DNA from: Candidatus Omnitrophota bacterium
Lineage (GTDB): Bacteria > Omnitrophota > Gorgyraeia > Zapsychrales > Zapsychraceae
Assembly (NCBI GenBank): GCA_028280285.1
Contig: JANQMA010000024.1
Location: forward strand, 117 to 64,116
Length of the DNA: 64,000 bases
Direction of reading: 5' to 3'
Shown one piece after another: positions 15,492-24,431 of the stretch. Each line of letters starts with the position of its first letter. Position 1 is the first letter of the stretch. Below the pieces are notes generated by a model. That model was given only the letters and a program-made list of their open reading frames with translations. It did not search any database and had not been told where the DNA came from. A program made the translations under genes and the position numbers.

Positions 15492-17000
15492 ATGATGCCC
15501 ACCAAACTCGAGGAGTTTGTGGGCTTTTTTTTTGGACAAATGCAGACCATTTTAAAAAATTATAAAACCGAAAGCTTTTTTGACGAGATGTTTACCCCCG
15601 ATGGGGACGTGCGCCCGGGCTATCATATCTTCCTCAGCAAGCTGGAGAACATCGGAATCAAAGAGCTACGCCAAAAACATCAAGCAGCCGATAAGGCCTA
15701 CATCTCCATGGGCATCACCTTTAACGTGTATCATGAAGAGGGCACAGGCACCGAACGCACACTCCCCTTTGACATCATTCCCCGCATCATCCCGTTTGAA
15801 GAGTGGCAAATCATCGATCGCGGTTTGATCCAACGCGTGACAGCCATCAATTGTTTTATTCAGGATATTTATAATAAAAAACTGATCCTCAAAGACAAAG
15901 TCATCCCACCGGAAATCATCCAAACATCACCGGGTTACCTGGAGGCTTGCGAAGGCATTCATCCCCCTAAAGGCCGGTGGGCGCATATCAGCGGCATCGA
16001 TATTATCAAACATTCCGACGGACTTTATTATGTATTGGAAGATAATTGCCGCGTGCCGTCGGGGGTATCATACGTGCTGGAAAACCGCGAAATTATGAAA
16101 CGCGCCTTTCCTTTGGTCTTTGAGCAGATGCATGTCCGGCCGATCTATGATTATCCGATTAAGCTCTTGGAAATGCTCGATTATCTATCGGAAATGCAGG
16201 ACCCGAACATTGTTGTGTTGACCCCGGGGATTTACAATTCGGCTTATTTTGAACATTCCTTTCTCGCCCAGCAAATGGGGGCGGAGCTGGTCGAAGGCCG
16301 CGATTTGGTCGTCGAGAATGATTACTGTTATATGCGCACAACCAAAGGATTAGAGCGGGTCGATGTGATTTACCGGCGGATAGACGATGAATTTTTAGAT
16401 CCTAAGGTTTTTCGCAAGGATTCGGTTTTGGGTGTGCCGGGTTTGTTTAATGCGTTTCGTAAAGGCCATGTGGCGATTGCCAATGCGCCGGGCACCGGTG
16501 TGGCCGACGATAAAGTGATTTATGCCTATATGCCGGACATTATTAAGTATTATCTCCAAGAAGATCCGATTTTGCCCAACGTCCCGACCTATTTGTGCTG
16601 GCGCGACAAAGATTTTAATTATGTCATCAACAATATTCATAAAATGGTTGTCAAAACAGCTAACCAATCAGGCGGCTACGGCATGCTGATGGGACCCTCA
16701 TCCACCGAAGAAGAAAGAAAAACATTTATCAAACAAATCAAAGCCAATAAGCGCAATTATATCGCGCAACCGGTTATGTATTTATCGCGGGTGCCCACCT
16801 TAGTGGGTGATCACTTGGAAGGTCGCCACGTTGATTTAAGGCCGTTTGTGTTATACGGCAATTCTCCGACGGTGATGCCGGGTGGCTTAAGCCGGGTCGC
16901 GTTAAAAAAAGGATCACTCGTCGTTAATTCCTCGCAAGGCGGCGGATCGAAAGATACATGGGTCTTGTCCCAACCCGAAAGTGAGTTGCATTATGCTTAG
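15492..17000 (+). CDS. Circularly permuted ATP-grasp family protein (type 2). An alternative start is at 15540
   Basis: Conserved cpATP-grasp architecture and the N-terminal FDEMF ... RPGY motif. First gene of the 4-gene cpATP-grasp / alpha-E / Anbu / transglutaminase operon. Confidence 0.75.
   Translation: MMPTKLEEFVGFFFGQMQTILKNYKTESFFDEMFTPDGDVRPGYHIFLSKLENIGIKELRQKHQAADKAYISMGITFNVYHEEGTGTERTLPFDIIPRIIPFEEWQIIDRGLIQRVTAINCFIQDIYNKKLILKDKVIPPEIIQTSPGYLEACEGIHPPKGRWAHISGIDIIKHSDGLYYVLEDNCRVPSGVSYVLENREIMKRAFPLVFEQMHVRPIYDYPIKLLEMLDYLSEMQDPNIVVLTPGIYNSAYFEHSFLAQQMGAELVEGRDLVVENDYCYMRTTKGLERVDVIYRRIDDEFLDPKVFRKDSVLGVPGLFNAFRKGHVAIANAPGTGVADDKVIYAYMPDIIKYYLQEDPILPNVPTYLCWRDKDFNYVINNIHKMVVKTANQSGGYGMLMGPSSTEEERKTFIKQIKANKRNYIAQPVMYLSRVPTLVGDHLEGRHVDLRPFVLYGNSPTVMPGGLSRVALKKGSLVVNSSQGGGSKDTWVLSQPESELHYA
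15497..15535 (+). terminator. Strong terminator-like hairpin (GCCCACcAAACTC-gag-GAGTTTGTGGGC) plus T9. It lies either in the leader or inside the first 15 codons of the cpATP-grasp ORF
   Basis: 12-bp stem with one bulge and tttttttt at 15527-15535. An alternative in-frame ATG is at 15540. Confidence 0.5.
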
Positions 17001-17955
17001 CCGCGTTGCCGAATCTATTTATTGGATGAGCCGCTACATAGAACGGGCCGAAAATTATGCACGGTTTATCGATGTCAATCTGTCGCTTATTATGGACTTG
17101 CCTAAAAACATGTCCGAGCAATGGCAGCCGCTCGTGCGCGTTACAGGGGACGATGTGCTGTATGAAACCATTTACGGCAATTTTTCCCGTGATAATGTGA
17201 TTGAATTTTTAACATTCAATAAAAATAATCCCAACTCCATTCTCAGTTGTTTAATCCAGGCCCGTGAAAGCGCGCGGACCATCCGCGAGATCATTTCAAG
17301 CGAGATGTGGCAGCAAATCAATGAACTGTATTTGGCGGTGAAAGACGCCACGCTCACCGAAAACAGCGACCTGTCGGTTTTTTACGCGCAAATCAAAAGC
17401 GGAACGCATTTATTTAACGGCATTATGGACTCGACGCTCATTCACAATGAAGCGTATCATTTTGCCAATTTGGGCCGCTTGCTGGAAAGGGCCGATAAAA
17501 CAGACAGGATTTTGGACATGAAGTATTTTTATTTGCTGCCGCGCATCGAGGATGTCGGAACGACACTCGATTATCTGCAATGGTCGGCGCTGCTTAAGTC
17601 AACTTCGTCCTACGAGGTGTACCGGAAAAAATACGGCAAGATGGATTATCGTCATATCATTGAGTTTCTTATTTTTGACCGCGAGTTTCCGCGCGCCATT
17701 TACTTTTGCCTGCTTGAGTCGGATAAATCACTCCACGCGATCACCAATACGCAACTGGCCACATTTAACAATTATGCCGAAAAGGAAATGGGCAAGATTA
17801 TCTCACAACTCAGTTTTAATGATGTGCAGGACGTGATCAATTATGGGCTTCATGAATACTTGGACGATTTTCAAGTGAAGCTTAATATTTTAAACGAAGA
17901 AATATTTAATACGTTTTTTTCTCAATCGAATCTTTTAAATGGAGTCCGTTTATGA
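16993..17955 (+). CDS. Alpha-E domain protein (DUF403)
   Basis: MLSRVAESIYWMSRYIERAENYARF is the hallmark alpha-E N-terminus. ATGcTTAG overlaps the upstream stop. Confidence 0.8.
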   Translation: MLSRVAESIYWMSRYIERAENYARFIDVNLSLIMDLPKNMSEQWQPLVRVTGDDVLYETIYGNFSRDNVIEFLTFNKNNPNSILSCLIQARESARTIREIISSEMWQQINELYLAVKDATLTENSDLSVFYAQIKSGTHLFNGIMDSTLIHNEAYHFANLGRLLERADKTDRILDMKYFYLLPRIEDVGTTLDYLQWSALLKSTSSYEVYRKKYGKMDYRHIIEFLIFDREFPRAIYFCLLESDKSLHAITNTQLATFNNYAEKEMGKIISQLSFNDVQDVINYGLHEYLDDFQVKLNILNEEIFNTFFSQSNLLNGVRL

Positions 17956-18695
17956 CCTATTGTTTGGGCATTAAAGTGAAGGAGGGCATTGTTGGATTGG
18001 CCGATACGCGCATTTCCTCGGGCAATCAAACGCTGACCGCCAAAAAAGTGATTATTGAACAGCAGACGTCCCAGCATAGTGTGTTTCTGATGACCTCGGG
18101 CCTGCGCGCGTTGCGTGACAAGGCCATGACCTATTTTAATGAAATTATCGAGGAGAGCGGGTTTGAATATAAAAAAATGTATAAGCTCGTCAATGCCTTT
18201 GGCGCGCAAATCCGCCGGGTCAGCCAAGAAGACCGCAAAGCCTTGCAGGAATCCAATTATGATTTTAATATTCACGCGCTGATCGCCGGACAATTGCAGG
18301 ACGACAGCGAGCATAAACTGTTTATGATTTTTCCGGAAGGAAACTGGGTCGAGGTAGGTAAGGCTAATCCTTATTTTATTATCGGCAACACAAGCCACGG
18401 CAAGCCTATTTTAGACAGGGTTCTGCGTTATGAATCGGATTTGAATTTTGCCCTCAAGGTGAGTTTTCTTTCGTTTAATGCAACACAGGTCAGCTCCAAT
18501 GATGTGGACTATCCGATTGATATTATTTTGTATCGGAAGGATAGTTTTTCCATGGTCGAGCAGAGATTAACCCAAGAGCAGATGATGAAATACTCCGGCT
18601 GGTGGCAATCGAAAATTGCCAAAGCCATCGACGAGTTCCCGGAAGATTGGGCCAAAGAACTGATTCAAACCTATCAACAAGTGCAGCAACAGTGA
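17952..18695 (+). CDS. Proteasome-type (Anbu-like) peptidase
   Basis: MTYCLGIKVKEGIVGLADTRISSG has the proteasome beta-subunit-like N-terminal Thr. It sits in the conserved position of the operon and overlaps the upstream stop by 4 nt. Confidence 0.65.
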   Translation: MTYCLGIKVKEGIVGLADTRISSGNQTLTAKKVIIEQQTSQHSVFLMTSGLRALRDKAMTYFNEIIEESGFEYKKMYKLVNAFGAQIRRVSQEDRKALQESNYDFNIHALIAGQLQDDSEHKLFMIFPEGNWVEVGKANPYFIIGNTSHGKPILDRVLRYESDLNFALKVSFLSFNATQVSSNDVDYPIDIILYRKDSFSMVEQRLTQEQMMKYSGWWQSKIAKAIDEFPEDWAKELIQTYQQVQQQ

Positions 18696-18697
18696 CG

Positions 18698-19564
18698 ATG
18701 CAAGTTAAAATCAAACACAACACGCATTATAATTACATGGACACGATTTTTTTAGAGCCGCATACACTGCGGTTATTTTTGCGTCCCGATAATCATATCA
18801 AAGTCATCCGGCATAAGGTGACGGTCGCGCCACGTCCTGAGGGCCGCGCTAACATTGAGCTCCCCGAGGGGGCGCATGCGCTCTTTGTGTGGTTTCAAGG
18901 CATGACCAAAGAGTTGGATATTATCATGGACGCCGTGGTCGAAACGACGCCGTTTAATCCGTTTGATTTTTTAATTTATCCGGCGAGTTGTTTGCGTCTG
19001 CCGCTGGTCTATCCCAATGACTGGAAAAATATTGTCGAGCCGTACAGGGCAGAACAACAACCCGGTTATGAAATCAAAAAATTCGCGACCGATATTGCCC
19101 AGCAAAGCAATTTTGAGACGACGACTTTTTTGGTCAATTTGTGCACCGCGATTTATGAAACATTTACCTATGAAAAGCGCGAGCACGGCAAGCCGCATAA
19201 CCCCGAGGAGACATTAAAATTAAAACGAGGGTCCTGCCGGGATTTTGCGGTGCTGGCTATGGCGGCCTGCCGGGCCATGGGCATTGCGTCGCGCTATGTG
19301 AGCGGATATTATATCAGTGAGTCGAGTGATGAGCCCAGTGATCTGCATGCCTGGCTTGAGGTGTATTTGCCGGGGGCCGGCTGGCGGGGCTTTGACCCGT
19401 CGCATGGGATTGCCTGCGGCCATCTGCATTTGGCCTTGTGTGCGTCGCGCGATCCGCTGATGACCCTGCCCGTTACCGGGGCCTACCGCGGATTTGCCTC
19501 CAGCTTTATGACCACAAAACTCTCCATTGATCTCACCCAGCCTGAAATTGTATCGAAAAATTAG
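18698..19564 (+). CDS. Transglutaminase-like cysteine protease family protein
   Basis: Catalytic Cys motif GSCRDFAVLAMAACRAMG and His motif HAWLEVYLPGAGWRGFDPSHG. The start ATG is 2 nt after the upstream stop. Confidence 0.8.
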   Translation: MQVKIKHNTHYNYMDTIFLEPHTLRLFLRPDNHIKVIRHKVTVAPRPEGRANIELPEGAHALFVWFQGMTKELDIIMDAVVETTPFNPFDFLIYPASCLRLPLVYPNDWKNIVEPYRAEQQPGYEIKKFATDIAQQSNFETTTFLVNLCTAIYETFTYEKREHGKPHNPEETLKLKRGSCRDFAVLAMAACRAMGIASRYVSGYYISESSDEPSDLHAWLEVYLPGAGWRGFDPSHGIACGHLHLALCASRDPLMTLPVTGAYRGFASSFMTTKLSIDLTQPEIVSKN

Positions 19565-19635
19565 TGTCAGAACTGCTGAACATTATATTTTACAAGTAGT
19601 TATGAGATAATTCTTACATAAATCTGTTCTGACAC
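19564..19635. repeat. REP family 2 element: GTGTCAGAAC and GTTCTGACAC in inverted orientation flanking about 50 bp
   Basis: Arms 19564-19573 and 19626-19635. Related copies at 11028, 20334, 22776-22882, 29334 and 30208. Confidence 0.6.
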
Positions 19636-19727
19636 CATTTATTACAAGGCTGTTTTGATTATTACTATATTATGTGCTAGTGTATATGTTCCCCGGTTGA
19701 AAACACTAAAAGAAATGCAGATATAAC

Positions 19728-20336
19728 ATGACAACAGAAACTAATTCGCTCGCTGCGCGAATCAAACAATCAACACAACCATTGCATGATAAGATCGAAC
19801 AAAATATGTTTGTCAAAGATTTGTTCTCTTCTGAACCCACTAAGGAAAGCTACAAAAATTGGCTCTTGAAGTTTTACGGGTTTTACATACCTGTAGAAGC
19901 ACAATTTAACCATTTTGCCGAACTCGCTGCTGAGCCTGTCAATTTTCCGGAGCGGGTAAAACTGCCTTTATTGGAGAACGACTTAAATTATTTGGGCGTT
20001 GATCAAGATGCGCTTACCCAAGCGCCGCGGTGTGAGGCATATCCTGAATTAAATAATATTTATGAGGCTCTGGGCTGTTTATATGTACTTGAAGGATCAA
20101 CCATGGGTGGACAAATCATGTCCCGGAAGGTCAAAACCGTTTTTGATTTTGAAGAAGACAAAGGCAATCTTTTCTTTAAAGCGTATGGGAAAGATTCCAA
20201 ACGGATGTGGGAGATTTTTAAAAATTTTCTCAATGAGTATCCGATGAATGATGTACAACAGCAACAAACCCTTGACAGCGCCACGCACACGTTCAAAAGC
20301 TTAATGGAGTGGTTTAAGTTAAGCAGCAAAAATTAG
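19728..20336 (+). CDS. Heme-oxygenase-like protein (biliverdin-producing HO family)
   Basis: N-terminal LAARIKQSTQPLHDKIEQ and YxxWLLKFYGFY pattern typical of HO-family proteins. No database check was possible. Confidence 0.5.
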   Translation: MTTETNSLAARIKQSTQPLHDKIEQNMFVKDLFSSEPTKESYKNWLLKFYGFYIPVEAQFNHFAELAAEPVNFPERVKLPLLENDLNYLGVDQDALTQAPRCEAYPELNNIYEALGCLYVLEGSTMGGQIMSRKVKTVFDFEEDKGNLFFKAYGKDSKRMWEIFKNFLNEYPMNDVQQQQTLDSATHTFKSLMEWFKLSSKN

Positions 20337-20358
20337 TCTCAGAACCGTTGAACATTTC
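20334..20358. repeat. REP family 2 half-copy (TAGTCTCAGAACCGTTGAACATTTC)
   Basis: Similar to 19563-19587, TAGTGTCAGAACTGCTGAACATTAT. Confidence 0.5.
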
Positions 20359-20373
20359 TATTCCGGAATTACT

Positions 20374-21189
20374 ATGCGAAAGATCACTCTTTTAAGTATT
20401 ATTCTCTTAATCGGTTTTGTTATCAGTTGTTCCTTAGATAAAAAACCTTTGCGTGTTACTTTTCTTAATGTCGGCTATGGTGACAGCACGCTGATTGAAT
20501 TTCCGGGTGGCACCGTGGCCCTCATCGATGCCGGTATACCTGAGGCCGCCCCGATGATCCGGCAATACTTGCGTGATCGCGGGATTGAAAAGATCGATTG
20601 GGCGATTGCCACACATCCGCACACCAATCACTTCGGTGGATTTTTAGGATTTAACGATGCGGTACCGATTGAAAAGGTGGCGATTAATCCCGATAAACGC
20701 GCTGATGAAGGCTACGTAGAGTGGCTCGATTCTTTAAAAGAAAAAGGCATTCCCGTCCGTGAACTAAAAACCGGAGACACGATTGATGTGGAGGATGATG
20801 ATATCACAATCGATGTGCTGCATCCCGATCATTTAAAGTATAGTGTCAACGGGGCATCACTTGTTGTGCAGCTTAAATATCGCTGGTTTGATATGGTGCT
20901 CTTTTCCGATGTGCTCTTAAAAGAACAGGACATGTTGATTGAAAAATATCCAGAGATCAAAAACGCCGATGTCATCACCATTCCTCATCACGGGCGCGAT
21001 ATCAGCGATCTTTTTATTAAAACATTCCGCAATAAAAAATTTGTTGCTTCAACCGGTTTTTATGAGCCCTTGCCGCTGGATGAGGAAAGATTGTCACAAC
21101 TCGATGGGGAAGTCTACCGGACCGACCACGGTCATATTGTTGTTGAAACTAACGGATGGATGACAGACATAGGTTATGAACAACAATAA
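20374..21189 (+). CDS. MBL-fold metallo-hydrolase (ComEC/Rec2-type beta-lactamase domain) lipoprotein
   Basis: Lipobox LIGFVISCS. Metal-binding motif ATHPHTNHFGG ... D ... H. Confidence 0.65.
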   Translation: MRKITLLSIILLIGFVISCSLDKKPLRVTFLNVGYGDSTLIEFPGGTVALIDAGIPEAAPMIRQYLRDRGIEKIDWAIATHPHTNHFGGFLGFNDAVPIEKVAINPDKRADEGYVEWLDSLKEKGIPVRELKTGDTIDVEDDDITIDVLHPDHLKYSVNGASLVVQLKYRWFDMVLFSDVLLKEQDMLIEKYPEIKNADVITIPHHGRDISDLFIKTFRNKKFVASTGFYEPLPLDEERLSQLDGEVYRTDHGHIVVETNGWMTDIGYEQQ

Positions 21190-21712
21190 GCGCTTACTTT
21201 ATTGGGGTTTGACTCTTGGCTGGACGCTTGCCATTTATTCAACATTGTCCATCATGCGGACCATTAGCAGTTATCTCGAAGAGCGTCTGCCGTTTGAGAC
21301 GGTCTTAACGATCATTGTTTGTTTAATACTCGGCGCCACGGTGATATTTTTTTTACAACACGCCGGCAGGCTTTCGGTTTTCCGTTATGTGCTTCTTTTT
21401 GCGGTTACCGTCGGATATGTGTACGGGATATTTACGGTTAAATACCCGATTGAGAAAATCCACTTTGTGCAATACGGTGTGCTTGCCTATTTTGCCTTCC
21501 GCGCATTTGCCTGTGATCTTAAAGGCGTGCTTCCCTATATAGGCGCTTTTATTCTCACTGCTTTGATCGGTTATGGCGATGAACTTATTCAAGGGGTATT
21601 GCCGGACCGGTATTATGATGACAATGATGTGATTCTAAATGCGGTGAGCGCTGCCATGGCACTTGGTTTGGTATATATATTTAAACAAAATGATGCCGAA
21701 AATGCGTTATAA
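21176..21712 (+). CDS. Integral membrane protein (VanZ-like?)
   Basis: Four TM helices. The family assignment is tentative. Confidence 0.4.
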   Translation: MNNNKRLLYWGLTLGWTLAIYSTLSIMRTISSYLEERLPFETVLTIIVCLILGATVIFFLQHAGRLSVFRYVLLFAVTVGYVYGIFTVKYPIEKIHFVQYGVLAYFAFRAFACDLKGVLPYIGAFILTALIGYGDELIQGVLPDRYYDDNDVILNAVSAAMALGLVYIFKQNDAENAL

Positions 21713-21759
21713 TAATAGTAGGCAAAAAAATATTATCTTATCAATGAAAGAAGTAAATC

Positions 21760-22761
21760 ATGAAAACAGCTGTCTTTAATACAAAACCTTATGATAGGAA
21801 ATTTCTTGAAGAGGCCAACAAAAGTTTCGGACATGAACTGGTATTCTTCGAGCCGCATTTAACGCCTGAGACATGCAAGCTTGCGTTCGGGTTTGAGGCA
21901 ATATGTGTGTTTGTCAACGATCGTCTGGATAAAAATATTTTAACTTTACTTGCCGAGCATGGCACGCGATTGATTGCCCTGCGTTGCGCAGGATTTAATA
22001 ATATCGATATTAAAGCGGCCGGTGAGTTGGGTCTTACTATTGCCCGGGTGCCGGCCTATTCACCGCATGGGGTGGCCGAACATGCCGTGGCGCTTATCCT
22101 TGCGCTTAACCGCAAGATTTACCGGGCCCATCATCGTGTGCGCGAAGGAAATTTTTCGATCGACGGGCTGTTAGGTTTTGAACTCTACGGCAAAAATGTC
22201 GGTGTTATCGGAACCGGTAAGATTGGTACTAATTTGGCGCGCATTATGCAGGGATTCGGATGCAATATTCTGGCCTATGATCCTGTCGAAAATCCCGATT
22301 GTCAAAAGATAGGAGTTAAATATTCTTCCTTAGATGAGCTGTTCGCGCAATCCGATATTATCTCGTTGCATTTGCCGCTTGTAAAAGATACTTATCACAT
22401 TATTGATGCATCGGCATTAGCCAAAATGAAACCGGGTGTGATGTTGATCAACACCAGCCGCGGCGGGTTGATTAATACTGCGGCTGTTGTTGAGGGACTC
22501 AAATCGGGCAAGGTCGGTTATTTAGGGCTGGACGTCTATGAAGAAGAGGAGGAAATCTTCTTTGAGGATCTTTCCGGAGATATTTTGCAAGATGATACCT
22601 TTGCGCGGCTATTAACATTTCCTAATGTTGTGATCACCGGGCACCAGGCGTTTTTCACGCACACGGCACTTAAGAATATCGCTGAGACAACACTGCAAAA
22701 CATCGCTGACTTTGAGCAGGGTGAGCTGTCTTTAGTTAATACAGTCACAGTCAATAAATAG
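21760..22761 (+). CDS. ldhA: D-isomer-specific 2-hydroxyacid dehydrogenase (D-lactate dehydrogenase)
   Basis: NAD-binding motif [16 protein letters not shown]. The N-terminus [20 protein letters not shown] is typical of LdhA. The stop TAG is embedded in the AAATAGTG REP half-site. Confidence 0.8.
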   Translation: MKTAVFNTKPYDRKFLEEANKSFGHELVFFEPHLTPETCKLAFGFEAICVFVNDRLDKNILTLLAEHGTRLIALRCAGFNNIDIKAAGELGLTIARVPAYSPHGVAEHAVALILALNRKIYRAHHRVREGNFSIDGLLGFELYGKNVGVIGTGKIGTNLARIMQGFGCNILAYDPVENPDCQKIGVKYSSLDELFAQSDIISLHLPLVKDTYHIIDASALAKMKPGVMLINTSRGGLINTAAVVEGLKSGKVGYLGLDVYEEEEEIFFEDLSGDILQDDTFARLLTFPNVVITGHQAFFTHTALKNIAETTLQNIADFEQGELSLVNTVTVNK

Positions 22762-22775
22762 TGTCCATAAATAAA

Positions 22776-22882
22776 TTGGTGTCAGAACTCGCTAAGTATT
22801 TGTACCATCATATGTTATGTGTTAATTATTAATTTTTATGCAACTTTAAACCTAACAACACGTTAGCGAGTTCTGACACCAA
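22776..22882. repeat. REP family 2 inverted-repeat element: perfect 20-nt arms TTGGTGTCAGAACTCGCTAA / TTAGCGAGTTCTGACACCAA flanking 67 bp, between convergent genes
   Basis: Arms 22776-22795 and 22863-22882. Likely a bidirectional terminator hairpin or MITE-like REP doublet. Confidence 0.7.
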
Positions 22883-22896
22883 TTTATTCCAATTTA

Positions 22897-23793
22897 TTAT
22901 TTGTCGAAGCTAAACTGTTTGAGAACTGTTTCAACGATGGGATTCACTTGTTTTCTTTGCTTGGTGATGATGTAGACCTTTTCATAAATCGTATGTTTGA
23001 AATTTTTGCCGAGGATTTCGAGCTTTTGTTTGGCCGGCGCCTCCTTAACCGTTAAAGCATTAATCGCGGCAATACCGTATCCGCGCAGCGCAAGTCGTCT
23101 TACCGTTTCGATATCTTGTATTTCCCCGAGAATCTTTGGTTCAATATGATGCTCATACAGAAATTCTTTGAGCGTATAAGCAATTTGCCGTGGGGCGGCC
23201 GGTAGGATCAATGGATGATTATCTAAGTCTTTAGGAAATCTTTTGATTTTCCGGGCCAATTTAGGATGCGCACAAAATACAATAGGAATCTTCCCGACAA
23301 ATTTATGCTGGATGTCGCCTCCCAGTGAGGCCTCAAACGGAGTATCTGTTAGAACGATATCAAGAAGATGGTCCTCCAGATCTTGAATGAGTTTTTCCAT
23401 TTTGTCTTTTTGTAGATGAATATATGTTTGCAGATTGTTTTTGAGAATAAAGTCCAGAAATAAGTCTATCATGGTTTTAGGAACATAATTGCTTACCCCG
23501 ATACGTATGTGAGGCCTTCCTTTATAAGATAGGTCCACCATGCGGTCCTTAAGCTCTTGGCCGATATCAAAGATCATTTTGGCGTAAGAGAGGACCTTGT
23601 GGCCTTCTTCGGTTAGGATCAGTTTCCTGTTTTCGCGTGTAAAGAGCTTTACATCCAAAAAATCTTCAAACTGCTTGAGCTGCGCGCTTAAAGTCGGCTG
23701 GGCCAGCCTGAGCTCTTCGGTGGCCCGGGCAATTGAGCCTTCCTGGGCAATCACGTAGAAATAATAGAGATGATGGTAGTTAAAAGGAATCAT
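22897..23793 (-). CDS. LysR-family transcriptional regulator (NhaR-like)
   Basis: N-terminal HTH MIPFNYHHLYYFYVIAQEGSIARATEELRLAQPTLSAQLKQFE. Confidence 0.8.
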   Translation of the reverse strand: MIPFNYHHLYYFYVIAQEGSIARATEELRLAQPTLSAQLKQFEDFLDVKLFTRENRKLILTEEGHKVLSYAKMIFDIGQELKDRMVDLSYKGRPHIRIGVSNYVPKTMIDLFLDFILKNNLQTYIHLQKDKMEKLIQDLEDHLLDIVLTDTPFEASLGGDIQHKFVGKIPIVFCAHPKLARKIKRFPKDLDNHPLILPAAPRQIAYTLKEFLYEHHIEPKILGEIQDIETVRRLALRGYGIAAINALTVKEAPAKQKLEILGKNFKHTIYEKVYIITKQRKQVNPIVETVLKQFSFDK

Positions 23794-23879
23794 AGATTAA
23801 ATAAATGTATTATATAATTTTTATCTATTTTACAAATGACTAAGATAAGTCTATACTCTCACTGGTTGTAAGTCAAGGG

Positions 23880-24413
23880 ATGAAAAACAAACGGGGGTAT
23901 AACATGCTTAAAGCCATGAAAGAACAGTTGAAATTCTTATCAGAAGACGACGCTCAAAACTTCCATGTTCATTTAAGAGGAAGGGTTGGGAAAAAGGCAA
24001 CAGCGATACTCGAGGAAAAGCTTAAAGAAATCATTGTTCTGATGCCGGACTTGGTCAGCCGTATTTATACGCACTGGAATAAAAGTGAAAATCAATCGGA
24101 GGTTAAAAAAATGGGTGGTTATCTTTTAACCTACCTTTATACACCCGAGGATTTTTTATCGACCAAAGAGTGGGGGTTGTTCGGTTATCTGGATGATGCG
24201 TATTTTGTGGCCAAGATGTATACACAAGTGATCGATGAGGTCAAAGAGGCAAACGGCAAAATCGCCGGGATTGATATTAAATATTATGACCAGGCCAAAT
24301 ATCTCAAAAAATATGTTCGCGGTGTTATCCCGAAAGAAACCAAAAAGATCGATGCTATGATCTTTGAGCTTAAAACAGGAAATAAGAAAATATACGAAGA
24401 ACTTTTTAGATAG
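23880..24413 (+). CDS. Hypothetical protein, possibly DUF1232/YkvA-like
   Basis: Weak GYLDD-type motif (WGLFGYLDDAYFVAKMY). Confidence 0.35.
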   Translation: MKNKRGYNMLKAMKEQLKFLSEDDAQNFHVHLRGRVGKKATAILEEKLKEIIVLMPDLVSRIYTHWNKSENQSEVKKMGGYLLTYLYTPEDFLSTKEWGLFGYLDDAYFVAKMYTQVIDEVKEANGKIAGIDIKYYDQAKYLKKYVRGVIPKETKKIDAMIFELKTGNKKIYEELFR

Positions 24414-24431
24414 AAAGAGAAGGGACAAATC

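Noticed and set aside
17922-18398. 158-aa minus-strand ORF overlapping the Anbu peptidase gene
   Set aside because: Antisense to a conserved operon gene with no supporting features
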